Shown here piece by piece: positions 40,522 through 51,029 of a stretch of 60,776 nucleotides of DNA (position 1 is its first letter; each line of letters begins with the position of its first letter). A model generated the notes under the pieces. The model did not search any database. It was not told the origin of the DNA and saw nothing but the letters and a program-made list of their open reading frames with translations. Source of the DNA: an uncultured virus (IMG/VR IMGVR_UViG_3300046007_009360) (lineage: Duplodnaviria > Heunggongvirae > Uroviricota > Caudoviricetes); the IMG/VR virus record IMGVR_UViG_3300046007_009360; one strand, 5' to 3'. A program made the translations under genes and the position numbers.

Positions 40522-41264
40522 GGTAATAAAATTGTTTGTTTGTTTACTTCTTCCCAATCTGCAAATGGTGATAGAAAATGCGTGTGCATATGAGTAGAAA
40601 ATCCAGGCATAAAACTTAAAACTATTCGATTATAAGGTTCTTGGGTTAAAATATGAAATCTTGTGTTATCCGCTTTACCAGAAATATGAATTTCATAATC
40701 TTTGTCGAAGAGTTGTTTGCTTAATATAAAGGAACCGCAAGTGTTAGGTACAGTTCTAAGATATCTATAAGGAGTAAAATAGATTTGTGATTTTAAATCA
40801 TGGTACATGCCCCATTCTGTATTCTTCATATCTGGATTATTTCTTGTATATTTATCGCCGTGATCATATAAGGATATATAAGAATTATTTATATTATAAT
40901 TTGGATTTGTTTGATATAAGAATTCAACTGCGTCAACCCAAGGCAAATGAAGGTAATCTTGTTCCAAGACATAAATTATATCATTATCTGCTAATTTTTG
41001 TTCTTTAATATATTGAAAAGTCATAGTATTTGACTTAAAATCTGTTCCAGCATTAATTAAATGAATATCAAATTTATATTTGTCTTTATATTTTAAAATA
41101 AAACTATTTTTAATAGGCCCATCAAAAACTACTGTTAATTTCGCTTTATTAAAATTTAGCGTATCTAAAAAATTCTTAAAACATTTCTCTAATGAAAAAT
41201 AATTTGGTCTACATTTATTTCCTACCTCTGGATAACTTGTAGCTCGATAGAATATATGTATCAT
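40518..41264 (-). CDS. GT-A glycosyltransferase-like protein
   Basis: IIYVLEQDYLH, SLYDH.DKY; context. Confidence 0.55.
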   Translation of the reverse strand: MIHIFYRATSYPEVGNKCRPNYFSLEKCFKNFLDTLNFNKAKLTVVFDGPIKNSFILKYKDKYKFDIHLINAGTDFKSNTMTFQYIKEQKLADNDIIYVLEQDYLHLPWVDAVEFLYQTNPNYNINNSYISLYDHGDKYTRNNPDMKNTEWGMYHDLKSQIYFTPYRYLRTVPNTCGSFILSKQLFDKDYEIHISGKADNTRFHILTQEPYNRIVLSFMPGFSTHMHTHFLSPFADWEEVNKQTILLP

Positions 41265-41866
41265 AGATTATTATATTTAAACCTAGCTGGATTTCCAAAC
41301 CAAACTTGATTATCGGGTATATCTTCTGTAACAACACTACCAGCGCCAATTAAACAATTATTACCAATTTTTATTTTTGGTAAAATCGTAGTATTTGCTC
41401 CTACAAAAGTATTATTACCAATATTTACATTGCCTAATAAACAACACATAGGACTAATCTCACAATATTCTCCAATTTTTACATCGTGATGAAGTTGTAC
41501 TCCTACATTAATTAGTGAACCAGATCCAATCTTGACCATTGGTTCAATGAAAACATTTTTTAATATAATAATATTATTTCCGAGATCAACATCTTTTGAT
41601 AAGAATGAATCAATATATTGATAATCTCCCAAACCCTTTTCGTATAACTTTTTACTTATATCTTTTCTATTTTTTGGTCCAGATACGGCTAAGATAAAAT
41701 GAGTAAATTTTTCAGAAATTTCATCAGCTATTTTAAAATTTTTAAAAAATTCTTCATATATATTATTATCATTATACAAATAAAAATCTTCTTTTATAAT
41801 AATAGGATTATTTAATATTTGCTTGCACAATCCTCCTGTGCCAAAAATTAAAATTGTATTTTGCAT
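41261..41866 (-). CDS. Hexapeptide-repeat sugar acetyltransferase (PglD/NeuD-like)
   Basis: HHD, left-handed beta-helix repeats, IGAGSVV..GNPA. Confidence 0.88.
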   Translation of the reverse strand: MQNTILIFGTGGLCKQILNNPIIIKEDFYLYNDNNIYEEFFKNFKIADEISEKFTHFILAVSGPKNRKDISKKLYEKGLGDYQYIDSFLSKDVDLGNNIIILKNVFIEPMVKIGSGSLINVGVQLHHDVKIGEYCEISPMCCLLGNVNIGNNTFVGANTTILPKIKIGNNCLIGAGSVVTEDIPDNQVWFGNPARFKYNNL

Positions 41867-41872
41867 TTTAAA

Positions 41873-42502
41873 TTATTTTTTATATATCTCAAATTTTGAT
41901 AGATCTGGATAAGGTAATTCTAAATCTTCATTATGTTTAGGCGTTCCATCTGTATTATAAAATTGATTCATTAGAAGTAATCCTCTAGCCGCTAGTTCTG
42001 GCATCATATAAAAATTCCAACCAAGCATATCAAAATTATCGTCATGATACGAACATTCTCTTCTACCACTATATCTAGCTCTTTTAAACCAAAGATAAGC
42101 TTTATAATCATCAGTTAAAATTGCTCCTCCTTTACTAAGTTTAAAGTGTTTATATGGACCGGTAAAAGAGATGCACATATGGCTATTAGGTAGATACATA
42201 TTTGAAGTAAATCTTAAAGCACTATCCCAAATTTTTGTAGGTTTTAATTGGTATGCACCTTTTATTTTATTACTATTTACTGGTATAAAATTAACTTTTC
42301 CTCCAGCATGTATAATTTCACAAGGAACAGATGGATAAGTTCTAGCTGGGATATCTATTACTTGTCCTTTTACATTTTCATAGACTAAAGATAAAAATAA
42401 AGCATTACTAGCATTATCTACAGTTACGACATAAGGTGCGCCTGTATATTTTGATAAAGCTTGTTCAAATTCTTCTGTTATCTTATAAATTCCATTAGCC
42501 AT
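41873..42502 (-). CDS. Short DegT/DnrJ-family PLP aminotransferase
   Basis: FEQAL..Y, DSA, SF...K...GGAILT, GWNFYM; only 209 aa. Confidence 0.75.
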   Translation of the reverse strand: MANGIYKITEEFEQALSKYTGAPYVVTVDNASNALFLSLVYENVKGQVIDIPARTYPSVPCEIIHAGGKVNFIPVNSNKIKGAYQLKPTKIWDSALRFTSNMYLPNSHMCISFTGPYKHFKLSKGGAILTDDYKAYLWFKRARYSGRRECSYHDDNFDMLGWNFYMMPELAARGLLLMNQFYNTDGTPKHNEDLELPYPDLSKFEIYKK

Positions 42503-42503
42503 T

Positions 42504-43319
42504 TTATTTGCACAATATTTTTAATGTGTCCTCTAGAGAATATTTAGGTTTAAATCCTAAACTATATAATTTATTTATATTCATGTGGAAATCTTTCGCT
42601 TGAACTTGTTGGTGAAAAAGCGGAGGATCTATGAAGTTGATTTTACTTTCAGAATTTAATATTTTTTTACAATAATAAATAATGTCTATTAGTTTTACGC
42701 TTTCTGTATTACCAATATTATAAATTTGATCTTTTTCGCCTTTATCTAAAACTAATTTTATAGCTCGACAAACATCTTCTACAAAAAGAAAGTTTCTATA
42801 ATTATCTCCTTTATATACGTTGACCTCTTCATTCCTTTTCAATCTTTCAATTAGATATTCTGTCGCATTCTTTTGTGAATTAGCGCCAGCATCTTTTCCG
42901 ATAATATTACATAATCTTAATATCCTATAATTTATACCAAAAGTTTTACAGTAAGATTCTAAAAATTGTTCTTGGGCATATTTTGCAATAGAATAAAAAC
43001 CCTTTGGATTACAATAATCATTCTCTGAATTTGTAATAAGATTGTTTTTGCCATATACAAACCAGGAAGATATAAGATTGAAAGTATTATCTTTATTTAA
43101 ATTAGAAAACATTTCTGTTAATAATAATAAATTTGTTTTTATTTCTAATGTTGGATCTTTGAAAACGGAATAATTTGAATTTGTTCCTCTGAAATATAGA
43201 ATGTCTTTATTTTTTGATATAATTGAAGATCTGTCCTCGGCAAAAGATTCTATTGGATATAACTCCATCCATTTTTTACCAATAAAACCTGTAGAGCCAA
43301 AAACGCTAATTTTGTTCAT
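42504..43319 (-). CDS. NAD-dependent epimerase/reductase (SDR)
   Basis: GSTGFIG, SSWFVYG, YSIAK, RNFLFVED. Confidence 0.85.
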   Translation of the reverse strand: MNKISVFGSTGFIGKKWMELYPIESFAEDRSSIISKNKDILYFRGTNSNYSVFKDPTLEIKTNLLLLTEMFSNLNKDNTFNLISSWFVYGKNNLITNSENDYCNPKGFYSIAKYAQEQFLESYCKTFGINYRILRLCNIIGKDAGANSQKNATEYLIERLKRNEEVNVYKGDNYRNFLFVEDVCRAIKLVLDKGEKDQIYNIGNTESVKLIDIIYYCKKILNSESKINFIDPPLFHQQVQAKDFHMNINKLYSLGFKPKYSLEDTLKILCK

Positions 43320-44622
43320 ATTCTTTTATCTTTTGTTCTATGTAAGATATATTTTCTTCGTCAATAGTTGGAGAACAGCCAATAAAGAATACTAGATCTA
43401 GAACTTTATTTGATTCTGGATAATTTTTATAATTATCTAAATATTTATAACCTTTATGCATTAAAAGATTACCTGCAAAATAATTTCTGGTTTGGATTCC
43501 ATTATTTTCTAAATAATTTACAAGTTTCATCTTTTCTTCTTTTGATTTACATATAAGAGGAACGCCAAATGGAACCCAATGAGTTTTATCAAATACATTG
43601 ACACTTCTTAATGAATTTAGATTTTTCTGAAATATAGAGAGTATTTTATCAAGATTCGATTTTCTTTTTTGGCAGATAAAATCAAGCTTTTTAAGTTGCT
43701 CAATTCCTATTGCAGCTTGTAAATCTAAAGGTTTTAAGTTATATCCAATTCTATTGAATACATACTTATGATCTATAATTGTCTCTGGAAAATCTTGGAG
43801 CCAGTTAGAGAATCTTTTATTACAAGATCCTTGGCATAATAGATTTGCAGTACCAATGCACCAGCAATCTCTTCCCCAAGTTGCATAACTTCGAGCTAGT
43901 TTTATTATTTCTTCAATATTAGAGGATACCATTCCACCTTCTAGAGTTGTGATTTCATGAGCGGGATAAAAGGAACAAGACGATACGACTGCGTATTCAT
44001 TTAAATACTTATCATTCCATTTTGAACCCAAAGAATCACAATTATCTAAAAGAAGTTTAATCTTTGGATATTTATTTAATAGATTGATTAATTTATCCAT
44101 GTCTGGTGGATTACCTAATACTGGAGATAAAAAGATTGCTACAGTTTTATCTGTTATTTTTTCTTCTATTTTAGATAGATCAAAATTTAATGTGTCCCAT
44201 TCAATATCAATAAATACTGGCTTTAAATTATTGTGAATAAGTGGAGATGTAGTTGTAGGAAAACCTACCGCAGACACAATCACTTCATCATTATCTTGCC
44301 AATTAAAATATTCCTTACAAGCTGCTACTAATAGTAAATTAGCAGAAGAGCCAGAATTTGTGAAGAAAGAGTATTTTTGATTTATTTTTTTGCTAAATTC
44401 TTTCTCGAATTTCGCACAAACTTCTCCGCTAGAACTCCATTTGCCAAATAAAAGAGTCTCTATTGCTGCAGAGATTTCATTTTCATCAAAATATGCGCCA
44501 GAATAATAAACTTTATTTTTTAAATCTGGATTTAAATTGTGAGCAAACTTTGGTAAGAATCCATACTTCTTTGTGAGTTGTTGGATAAATAATTTTATAT
44601 CTTCTTTATAAGAATTTTCCAT
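43306..44622 (-). CDS. rfbH: NDP-4-keto-6-deoxyglucose 3-dehydratase (DdhC/E1)
   Basis: NSGSSANL, DNCDSLG, SFYPAHEITTLEGG (His at the Lys position), WGRDCWC..C..C Fe-S motif, DHKY, GYNLK. Confidence 0.88.
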   Translation of the reverse strand: MENSYKEDIKLFIQQLTKKYGFLPKFAHNLNPDLKNKVYYSGAYFDENEISAAIETLLFGKWSSSGEVCAKFEKEFSKKINQKYSFFTNSGSSANLLLVAACKEYFNWQDNDEVIVSAVGFPTTTSPLIHNNLKPVFIDIEWDTLNFDLSKIEEKITDKTVAIFLSPVLGNPPDMDKLINLLNKYPKIKLLLDNCDSLGSKWNDKYLNEYAVVSSCSFYPAHEITTLEGGMVSSNIEEIIKLARSYATWGRDCWCIGTANLLCQGSCNKRFSNWLQDFPETIIDHKYVFNRIGYNLKPLDLQAAIGIEQLKKLDFICQKRKSNLDKILSIFQKNLNSLRSVNVFDKTHWVPFGVPLICKSKEEKMKLVNYLENNGIQTRNYFAGNLLMHKGYKYLDNYKNYPESNKVLDLVFFIGCSPTIDEENISYIEQKIKEYEQN

Positions 44623-45295
44623 TTAGAACCTCTTTACATTTTTCAATAAATAAATCTTTACTTTTTGGATTATCTTGTTGACTTGCGTGATACATTAGAT
44701 TTGGGCCATATGTATTGCTTAATCCATATTTAAATCCATTATCAAGATCTACATTTCTTAAAACTGAATGAGAAGGATAGCATCCTGCTACAAAATAGCC
44801 TTTTTCTTTTGCTAGATAAGTTATTTCTTCAGCAGTATCAGATCTTTCTGTTTTGTCATCGCAAGTAGGTCTTCCTAGATTATTATAAAGATCTCTAGAT
44901 AACCACATAAAAGCTTGACTTATATAAGGATGAGGAATCATACCATTTGGCCCCTTTTTATGATTGCTTTGCCAAATCTGACCTGCTAAAGTCATTTTAT
45001 TTTTTACCATATCATACATTATATCTACGCATTCTTTCTTTAGAATTATAGCGTCATTATCACAAAACCAATAATAATCAGGTTTTAAAGAATCTATAGT
45101 TAAATTTATTACTTCATCCATGCATAATCCGTGCGAAACATATGGAAATGGACAAGAGACATAATTAAATGGTATATTAAAATACTCCACCATAACTTGT
45201 CTATGGTAATTTGTTATTTCTGAATCCCGATTATTTCCAAATAAAACTATGGGTAAAATAGTTTCATTATTTATATTATGTAGTTTAAAATTCAT
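44606..45295 (-). CDS. Glycosyltransferase-like protein
   Basis: WFCDNDAI (DxD), DTAEE; context. Confidence 0.5.
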   Translation of the reverse strand: MNFKLHNINNETILPIVLFGNNRDSEITNYHRQVMVEYFNIPFNYVSCPFPYVSHGLCMDEVINLTIDSLKPDYYWFCDNDAIILKKECVDIMYDMVKNKMTLAGQIWQSNHKKGPNGMIPHPYISQAFMWLSRDLYNNLGRPTCDDKTERSDTAEEITYLAKEKGYFVAGCYPSHSVLRNVDLDNGFKYGLSNTYGPNLMYHASQQDNPKSKDLFIEKCKEVLNGKFL

Positions 45296-46124
45296 TTAGA
45301 AAATAATCTCTGTGTCTTTGATATTCGTTAATTTTTTTAGGATAATGGAAACCATAACTTAATTTATTATTATACTCATTTAATGTTATTGGGTCAAGTG
45401 AAAATTTCATACATTGAGATAAAGTACCAACTCCTCCTTCGGTCCCATTAATAAGATGACTATAGAATAAATCTTCTGGAACTCTTGTGCCATCTGTGCC
45501 AGATTCTCTTAAAATACATTTGCTATAAATTGAACTAATATTTTCACAAGCTTTTCTTGATCGGAAGCTAAAACCTCCATTTCCACATTGTATTCTAGGA
45601 AAACCTAAATTATACCATTGATTATTTTCATATATATCAATACTTGGAGCGTGACACCAAGCAGAGCCTATATATTTTAATTTATTGTTTATTACAAACT
45701 GTTCCCATCCTTCTTTTATTAAAAAACCATCTGGATGAAAAAATAGTAGATTTTCAAATTGTTTTGGTAAATACTTCCAGATATCATTAAGCATAAATGA
45801 TGAATACTTATCATGAGAATCTTGTATTGGTATTTTTATATGTTCGATCCTTGCATTTTTATATCTTATATCATTATTTAAAATATTATTTGAATTAGGA
45901 CTAAAAATAAATATAGGATAGTTATATTCAGAAAATATTTTAAAACTATGAATTACCGCAAAATCCTCTAAATAATTTAATTCTCTATCTCTACCTTCGA
46001 AATATATACCGCAAAATTCATCGGATTGTTGTCTTATATCTATATTTTGAATTAAAGTATCATAGCATATTTTACCAAGTAACTCAAAATCTTCTTGAGT
46101 TCTGTTTTTTGATATAAAATTCAT
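45285..46124 (-). CDS. DUF5672-like GT-A protein
   Basis: HPDG, YIGSAW, GNGGFSFRS, PEDLFY, GFH. Confidence 0.7.
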   Translation of the reverse strand: MNFISKNRTQEDFELLGKICYDTLIQNIDIRQQSDEFCGIYFEGRDRELNYLEDFAVIHSFKIFSEYNYPIFIFSPNSNNILNNDIRYKNARIEHIKIPIQDSHDKYSSFMLNDIWKYLPKQFENLLFFHPDGFLIKEGWEQFVINNKLKYIGSAWCHAPSIDIYENNQWYNLGFPRIQCGNGGFSFRSRKACENISSIYSKCILRESGTDGTRVPEDLFYSHLINGTEGGVGTLSQCMKFSLDPITLNEYNNKLSYGFHYPKKINEYQRHRDYFLNEF

Positions 46125-46927
46125 CTAACTAAAGTTTTAAAATTATTTACTTTTTCTTTTGGTATTAGAATTAAATCTTGCGCCCAATAATTCGGAAGTA
46201 TGTCAAATAGCTTTAATGTATAGAAGTCCACGCTATTATAGTTCTTATTTATCAAGAAATTATATAGTTCATTTTCAGTAGATGGAAACCATTCTATATG
46301 AACAAGCGGACGAAATTTATCTATATACTTATCCATAAAATTTAATATTTGGACATCAAATCCTTCTGTATCCAATTTAATTAAACTTAGATTAGATATA
46401 TTTAAATTATTTAAAAAATTATCTATATCTATTGTTCTGACAAATCTCTTTAAAGGATATTCTCCAATATAAGAAGTTTTATGCTGGCTACCACCTACAT
46501 CGTTATTATAATTAAATTTATCAACTCCGTAAACATTAGAAGCGGCATAGTTATAATTCTCTAAATTAAGTTCTTTATTTAAAGCGGAATTAATCTGAAG
46601 TCTTTGCCATGCTGGTCCACATTCAAAATTTATACATCTTCCATTCTTTCCAGCCATTAAAGCTAAAGATAAGGATGTATCGCCATCGTAAGCTCCAACA
46701 TCAATAACTTCTGAATTATTTGGAATAAAATCTTTCATTTTATCAACAAATTCTCCAAATGACTTTGCGTATGGATCATTTTCTATATCTTCGGTTGATC
46801 TATGAGGAACGTTATGTAAATATTTAATTTTATAATTTTCAGAGTTGAATAAGAAATCAAATTCCTCTAGATGGGTTACCTCTTGTACATTTTCAATTTT
46901 TGTAATTTTTGTATTATATTTATTCAT
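46121..46927 (-). CDS. FkbM-family methyltransferase
   Basis: IDVGAYDG, FE, IKLDTEGFD. Confidence 0.85.
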   Translation of the reverse strand: MNKYNTKITKIENVQEVTHLEEFDFLFNSENYKIKYLHNVPHRSTEDIENDPYAKSFGEFVDKMKDFIPNNSEVIDVGAYDGDTSLSLALMAGKNGRCINFECGPAWQRLQINSALNKELNLENYNYAASNVYGVDKFNYNNDVGGSQHKTSYIGEYPLKRFVRTIDIDNFLNNLNISNLSLIKLDTEGFDVQILNFMDKYIDKFRPLVHIEWFPSTENELYNFLINKNYNSVDFYTLKLFDILPNYWAQDLILIPKEKVNNFKTLVR

Positions 46928-48083
46928 ATTTTTTTAATATTTCTATTTGTTTATCTGTTATAGTTGGATATATTCCAAAATAAAAACCATTTGTATGCAA
47001 AAATTCGCTATTTTTAAAATCTTTAAAATTTGCATATTGTTTATAACAAGTCTGTCTAAGAAGATTGCCAGATATTATTGGTCTAATTTCTATTTTATTA
47101 TCTTTACAGAATTGTTTAAACATATCTACTACAGATCTATCTTTAGAAATAATCGGGAAACAAAAAGGTGCGGACATTCTATCTGAATATTCTTGAGGAA
47201 GAATAATATCTTTTAATGATAAAGTATTTTTAATTTTATTGAATATTTCAACTCTTTTGTTTAGATAATTTTCAATCCTATTAAAATCTAATAGACCAAT
47301 AAAAGCATTAATATCTGTGTTTCTAAAATTATTACCTAAAGTGCAAAAATCAAATGATTCATCAACATCTTGATTTGAATATTTCTTATCGTCTAAACCA
47401 TATAATTTCAATCCTCTAGTCATACCATGATTTCTATTCATTATAAAATATTCATATTCTTCTTGAGAATTAGTAAAAATAAACCCACCCTCTACACTTT
47501 GTACTTGATGTCCGAAGTATGTACTTGTACTGCTTGTAAAATATGAGGATATATTTTTATCTTTATATTTACCAAGTGTATTTTCGCAGTTATCTAAAAA
47601 TATTTTAACCTTATATTTTGCTTCTAACTCTTTTAATTTTTTAATATCTGGAACCTGACCAATTAAAGACACACAAACAATTGCTGCGACCTTTTTGTAA
47701 TTTTTCTTAAGATATTTTTCTGTTAGATTCAAATCTAAACAAAAATCTTCTAAAGAAATGTCTATAAATTTTGGCGTAAAACCCTCTCTTATAAAAGGAG
47801 ATATTGAAGTCGTCCAAGTTGTTGAGGGAAATATTACAATATTCTTATTTTTAGTATAAACCTTATCTTTTAAGAACATAGCCATTAAGGTATTTGCAGT
47901 AGATCCACTAGATACAAATACAGAATACTTTGAGCCTACAAAGCGCTTGAATTTATCTTCGAATTGTTTTACATATTTCCCTTGAGTCCAAAAATTAGCC
48001 TTATTTAATATAAATCTTGATATTTTAATTCTATCTAATAGATTAAAACTAGAATTATTTAGGGGCCATTTAAAATTATTCAT
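46920..48083 (-). CDS. ColD-like PLP-dependent NDP-4-keto-6-deoxysugar 3-dehydratase
   Basis: SSGSTAN, DNCE, STYFGHQVQSVEGG (His, not Lys), RNHG, no Fe-S Cys cluster, RPIISGN. Confidence 0.75.
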   Translation of the reverse strand: MNNFKWPLNNSSFNLLDRIKISRFILNKANFWTQGKYVKQFEDKFKRFVGSKYSVFVSSGSTANTLMAMFLKDKVYTKNKNIVIFPSTTWTTSISPFIREGFTPKFIDISLEDFCLDLNLTEKYLKKNYKKVAAIVCVSLIGQVPDIKKLKELEAKYKVKIFLDNCENTLGKYKDKNISSYFTSSTSTYFGHQVQSVEGGFIFTNSQEEYEYFIMNRNHGMTRGLKLYGLDDKKYSNQDVDESFDFCTLGNNFRNTDINAFIGLLDFNRIENYLNKRVEIFNKIKNTLSLKDIILPQEYSDRMSAPFCFPIISKDRSVVDMFKQFCKDNKIEIRPIISGNLLRQTCYKQYANFKDFKNSEFLHTNGFYFGIYPTITDKQIEILKKYE

Positions 48084-48843
48084 AATATATCGTAGGTAAT
48101 TGTTGATTGGTTTTCAAATAAAATTGTTTATTAAATTCTAATTGATTCAACTCATAGTTCCATATATATCCACAATATCCAAAATGTTTCATTTGATATT
48201 CATATTTATCTTTACCATTCAGATGAAGCCAAGTAAGATGCTTTATATGGGCTATATCTTTTGGAACCTCTAGTTTAGGTAGGTCTTTATAATTATAAAT
48301 CTTATTATCTTTCTCATAACCTATATCGTTATCCCAATAGAAAGACTGTATTTTAAAATCATTAAAGTTTTTTCTAAAAATTCTAGATGGACAAAAACCA
48401 TCAATCCACTGCTTGCCATCGAATATATAATTTTTAAAATTTATAGTATACCAACAATATTCTTGATTTGATTCTACGAATGAAATTATGTTCTTAATAT
48501 CTTCTAGTGAATAGAATTCATCTCCATCAACTAACCAAAATAGATCACATTCTTTGAATTTTAAATATTGCAGACAAAGATCTCTTGCTAAATGTTCTTT
48601 TATATATTTAGGGTTAGTAAAGGCGTAATCTATGCTTCCTTCTTTATATAAATTTACAATCTCTTCCGTGGTTCCGTCGTCAGTATTGTTTATATCATAA
48701 TATTCAAGAAATGGTAACGAAACCGCGCAGATCTCATGTATTAATCCATCCTTTTTGGCCTTAAAAAAATTATCTAAACTTTCTTTTAAATAAGTTTTGC
48801 AATTATAAGCGCAATATAAAATGCCTATTTTGGGTTTAATCAT
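48076..48843 (-). CDS. GT2-like glycosyltransferase
   Basis: DDGT, ARD, VDGDE. Confidence 0.7.
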   Translation of the reverse strand: MIKPKIGILYCAYNCKTYLKESLDNFFKAKKDGLIHEICAVSLPFLEYYDINNTDDGTTEEIVNLYKEGSIDYAFTNPKYIKEHLARDLCLQYLKFKECDLFWLVDGDEFYSLEDIKNIISFVESNQEYCWYTINFKNYIFDGKQWIDGFCPSRIFRKNFNDFKIQSFYWDNDIGYEKDNKIYNYKDLPKLEVPKDIAHIKHLTWLHLNGKDKYEYQMKHFGYCGYIWNYELNQLEFNKQFYLKTNQQLPTIYYE

Positions 48844-49771
48844 CTTGTATATTGAATTGTCTATTATATTTTAATATAGTCCCAAGGTATTCTTCTGGAT
48901 ATCCAGATCCACCATTTAAATAATCTTTAAAAGAAAACTTATATCTCCTTGGAACAACATCATTTATAAAATCTTGGTTTAAAACTTCTATCTGAAATAA
49001 CTCACTTAGTCTAAACTCTAATTCAACCATCTCAATAAAATAATTCTCTGGAGAGATTTCTTTATTTTTAATTTTTTTCATATAATTAATCATGTCATCT
49101 AATGTATTAATATTTAATTTAAGTTTTTCCATACAATACATTTGGAATTGTCTTCTTAGATTTTCATGATGATTTACTATATTTTGTCCATATTTTCCAT
49201 ATACTAGTTGAGTATCATTACCAAGAAAGTAACATACATAATATTTTGTTCCATTAATTGATCCAAAAAATTTTGGTGTATCTTTTCTTCTATTTATAAT
49301 ATATTTTTCTTTTTCTGGTAAAGTTATAATTTTACCATATATATTACTTAAACCCCAATGAACTGCCCCAAAGAATTCCATATATGGATTATATTTAAAT
49401 ATATATGGTCTTTGATCCCAAAATAATGCGCCAACATTATTTTTTTCAAAATCTTCTAAAAGACTTGGTAATTGTTCTACAAAATAATCTGTTAATGATT
49501 CTGGAGAATCTAAATATAAACAATATTCTCCATTTTTTATATTTCCATAATATAAAAGATGATTCATTAAAAATGCATGGTTCTGAGTCCAATTTTGAGT
49601 AATAACTCTACCCTCGCCTTTGTTTTGTTCTAGTAGTTCGATTGTCCCATCATTTGATGGTAAATTAACTAAAGATATGACTCCTTTAAATGTAGGATAT
49701 ATATTTCTCAACATTAAAGATATATGCTCTCGACGCTCTTGCGTCATTGTAAGAAGCCAGGGCTTAACCAT
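48836..49771 (-). CDS. GT2-like protein
   Basis: SNDGT, LDSPE, G.VHW; start at ATG 49771. Confidence 0.55.
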   Translation of the reverse strand: MVKPWLLTMTQERREHISLMLRNIYPTFKGVISLVNLPSNDGTIELLEQNKGEGRVITQNWTQNHAFLMNHLLYYGNIKNGEYCLYLDSPESLTDYFVEQLPSLLEDFEKNNVGALFWDQRPYIFKYNPYMEFFGAVHWGLSNIYGKIITLPEKEKYIINRRKDTPKFFGSINGTKYYVCYFLGNDTQLVYGKYGQNIVNHHENLRRQFQMYCMEKLKLNINTLDDMINYMKKIKNKEISPENYFIEMVELEFRLSELFQIEVLNQDFINDVVPRRYKFSFKDYLNGGSGYPEEYLGTILKYNRQFNIQDD

Positions 49772-49776
49772 AGTCA

Positions 49777-49805
49777 ATTTTACTATATATTTAAAATCAA
49801 ATCAA
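49777..49805 (-). promoter_or_regulatory. Sigma70-like promoter
   Basis: TTGATT-N17-TAAAAT, 5 nt before ATG 49771. Confidence 0.6.
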
Positions 49806-49809
49806 GAGA

Positions 49810-50682
49810 TTATTTAATACTGTTGAAAGCATTAATAATGTTTTGAGCTATAGTATTTTTATTAAAAAAGTTCTTATATTTTGGTGAATATAAATTAATT
49901 AAATTTAAATATAATTTATAATTATTCTCTATATCAATAAGCTTACCTGCGATAGAATAAGGATTTGGATCACAGATTAATTTTTGGTCTAAGAATTCAT
50001 AACTTGTTTCATTATCGCTACAAAGTATTGGTATTGAATTACATATAATACCTTCTATAGGTGGTAATCCAATTCCTTCTATATAACTAGGAAATATAAT
50101 ATATTTAGATCTATTATAATATGAATTTAGATCTATATCATTAACTACCCCTTTATAATTGCCAAAATTAGGATTATCTGGACCAATAATAGTTATTTTC
50201 TCTTCAGATAAATTTAATAGCTTAAATGTCTGTCGAATTAAATTAAATCTTTTATTTGGATCATTTGCTCTACCTATATAAAGAAATGGAATATCTTTAT
50301 CTAAATTAATATTTTCAACGTCTTTAATTGCATCATAAACAACAAAGCTATCTAGCCCTAAATATTTCTTAATATTATTTTTAACTGTTTGGCTATTACT
50401 TAATATAATATCTGCTCTAAGTAATTTTTCTTTAGTTTTATTAAGATCAAAAAATTGAGTGTTAAATAAATGTATCGGTAGATCTAATACTTTTTGTAAA
50501 TATTTTGCATTTGGATATTTTAATTTATATTCATAAGCTTTATCTATCTCAGTAAAATCGTGGGAATATATTATCTCTGGATCATTTTCTACAATTTCTT
50601 GCCCTAAGAATCTTAGACCTTCTTCAATTCTTGAGATTTGATCTAAGTTTATATTTCTCCAACCAAAAATTTTAACTTTCAT
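49810..50682 (-). CDS. GT4 glycosyltransferase
   Basis: YIGR...K, PSYIEGIGLPPIEG. Confidence 0.85.
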   Translation of the reverse strand: MKVKIFGWRNINLDQISRIEEGLRFLGQEIVENDPEIIYSHDFTEIDKAYEYKLKYPNAKYLQKVLDLPIHLFNTQFFDLNKTKEKLLRADIILSNSQTVKNNIKKYLGLDSFVVYDAIKDVENINLDKDIPFLYIGRANDPNKRFNLIRQTFKLLNLSEEKITIIGPDNPNFGNYKGVVNDIDLNSYYNRSKYIIFPSYIEGIGLPPIEGIICNSIPILCSDNETSYEFLDQKLICDPNPYSIAGKLIDIENNYKLYLNLINLYSPKYKNFFNKNTIAQNIINAFNSIK

Positions 50683-51028
50683 TATTATATCCTAGTTTAA
50701 TTTCTGTGATATTTTCGTTAAAGAATTTTTTTTGTAAATTAGTTTTAACTATGTATCTCTCATAATTTGCAGAGTCTACTTGTTTAGCTAATCCATTATC
50801 TTTTTGAGCTTGATCAACTAAATCAAATACCTTTTGATTTGTGTCTATTAATTTTATATATTCGTTACTATTTATAACTTCATCCATCTTTTCTCGTCCA
50901 ATTTGCTCTTCGATATCTTTATAAAGTCTATAATAATTTTCGCCTTTTTTACCAACAATTTTATTTTTTACTTCTACAATAGCTAGAACATCAAATGCAT
51001 ATCCATAATCTACAGAAATTTTAATCAT
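50672..51028 (-). CDS. Small helical protein of the type found beside phage GT clusters (DUF6165-like)
   Basis: D.L.I.E.K...L...N...FD...N.ER...K pattern. Confidence 0.45.
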   Translation of the reverse strand: MIKISVDYGYAFDVLAIVEVKNKIVGKKGENYYRLYKDIEEQIGREKMDEVINSNEYIKLIDTNQKVFDLVDQAQKDNGLAKQVDSANYERYIVKTNLQKKFFNENITEIKLGYNNES

Positions 51029-51029
51029 A

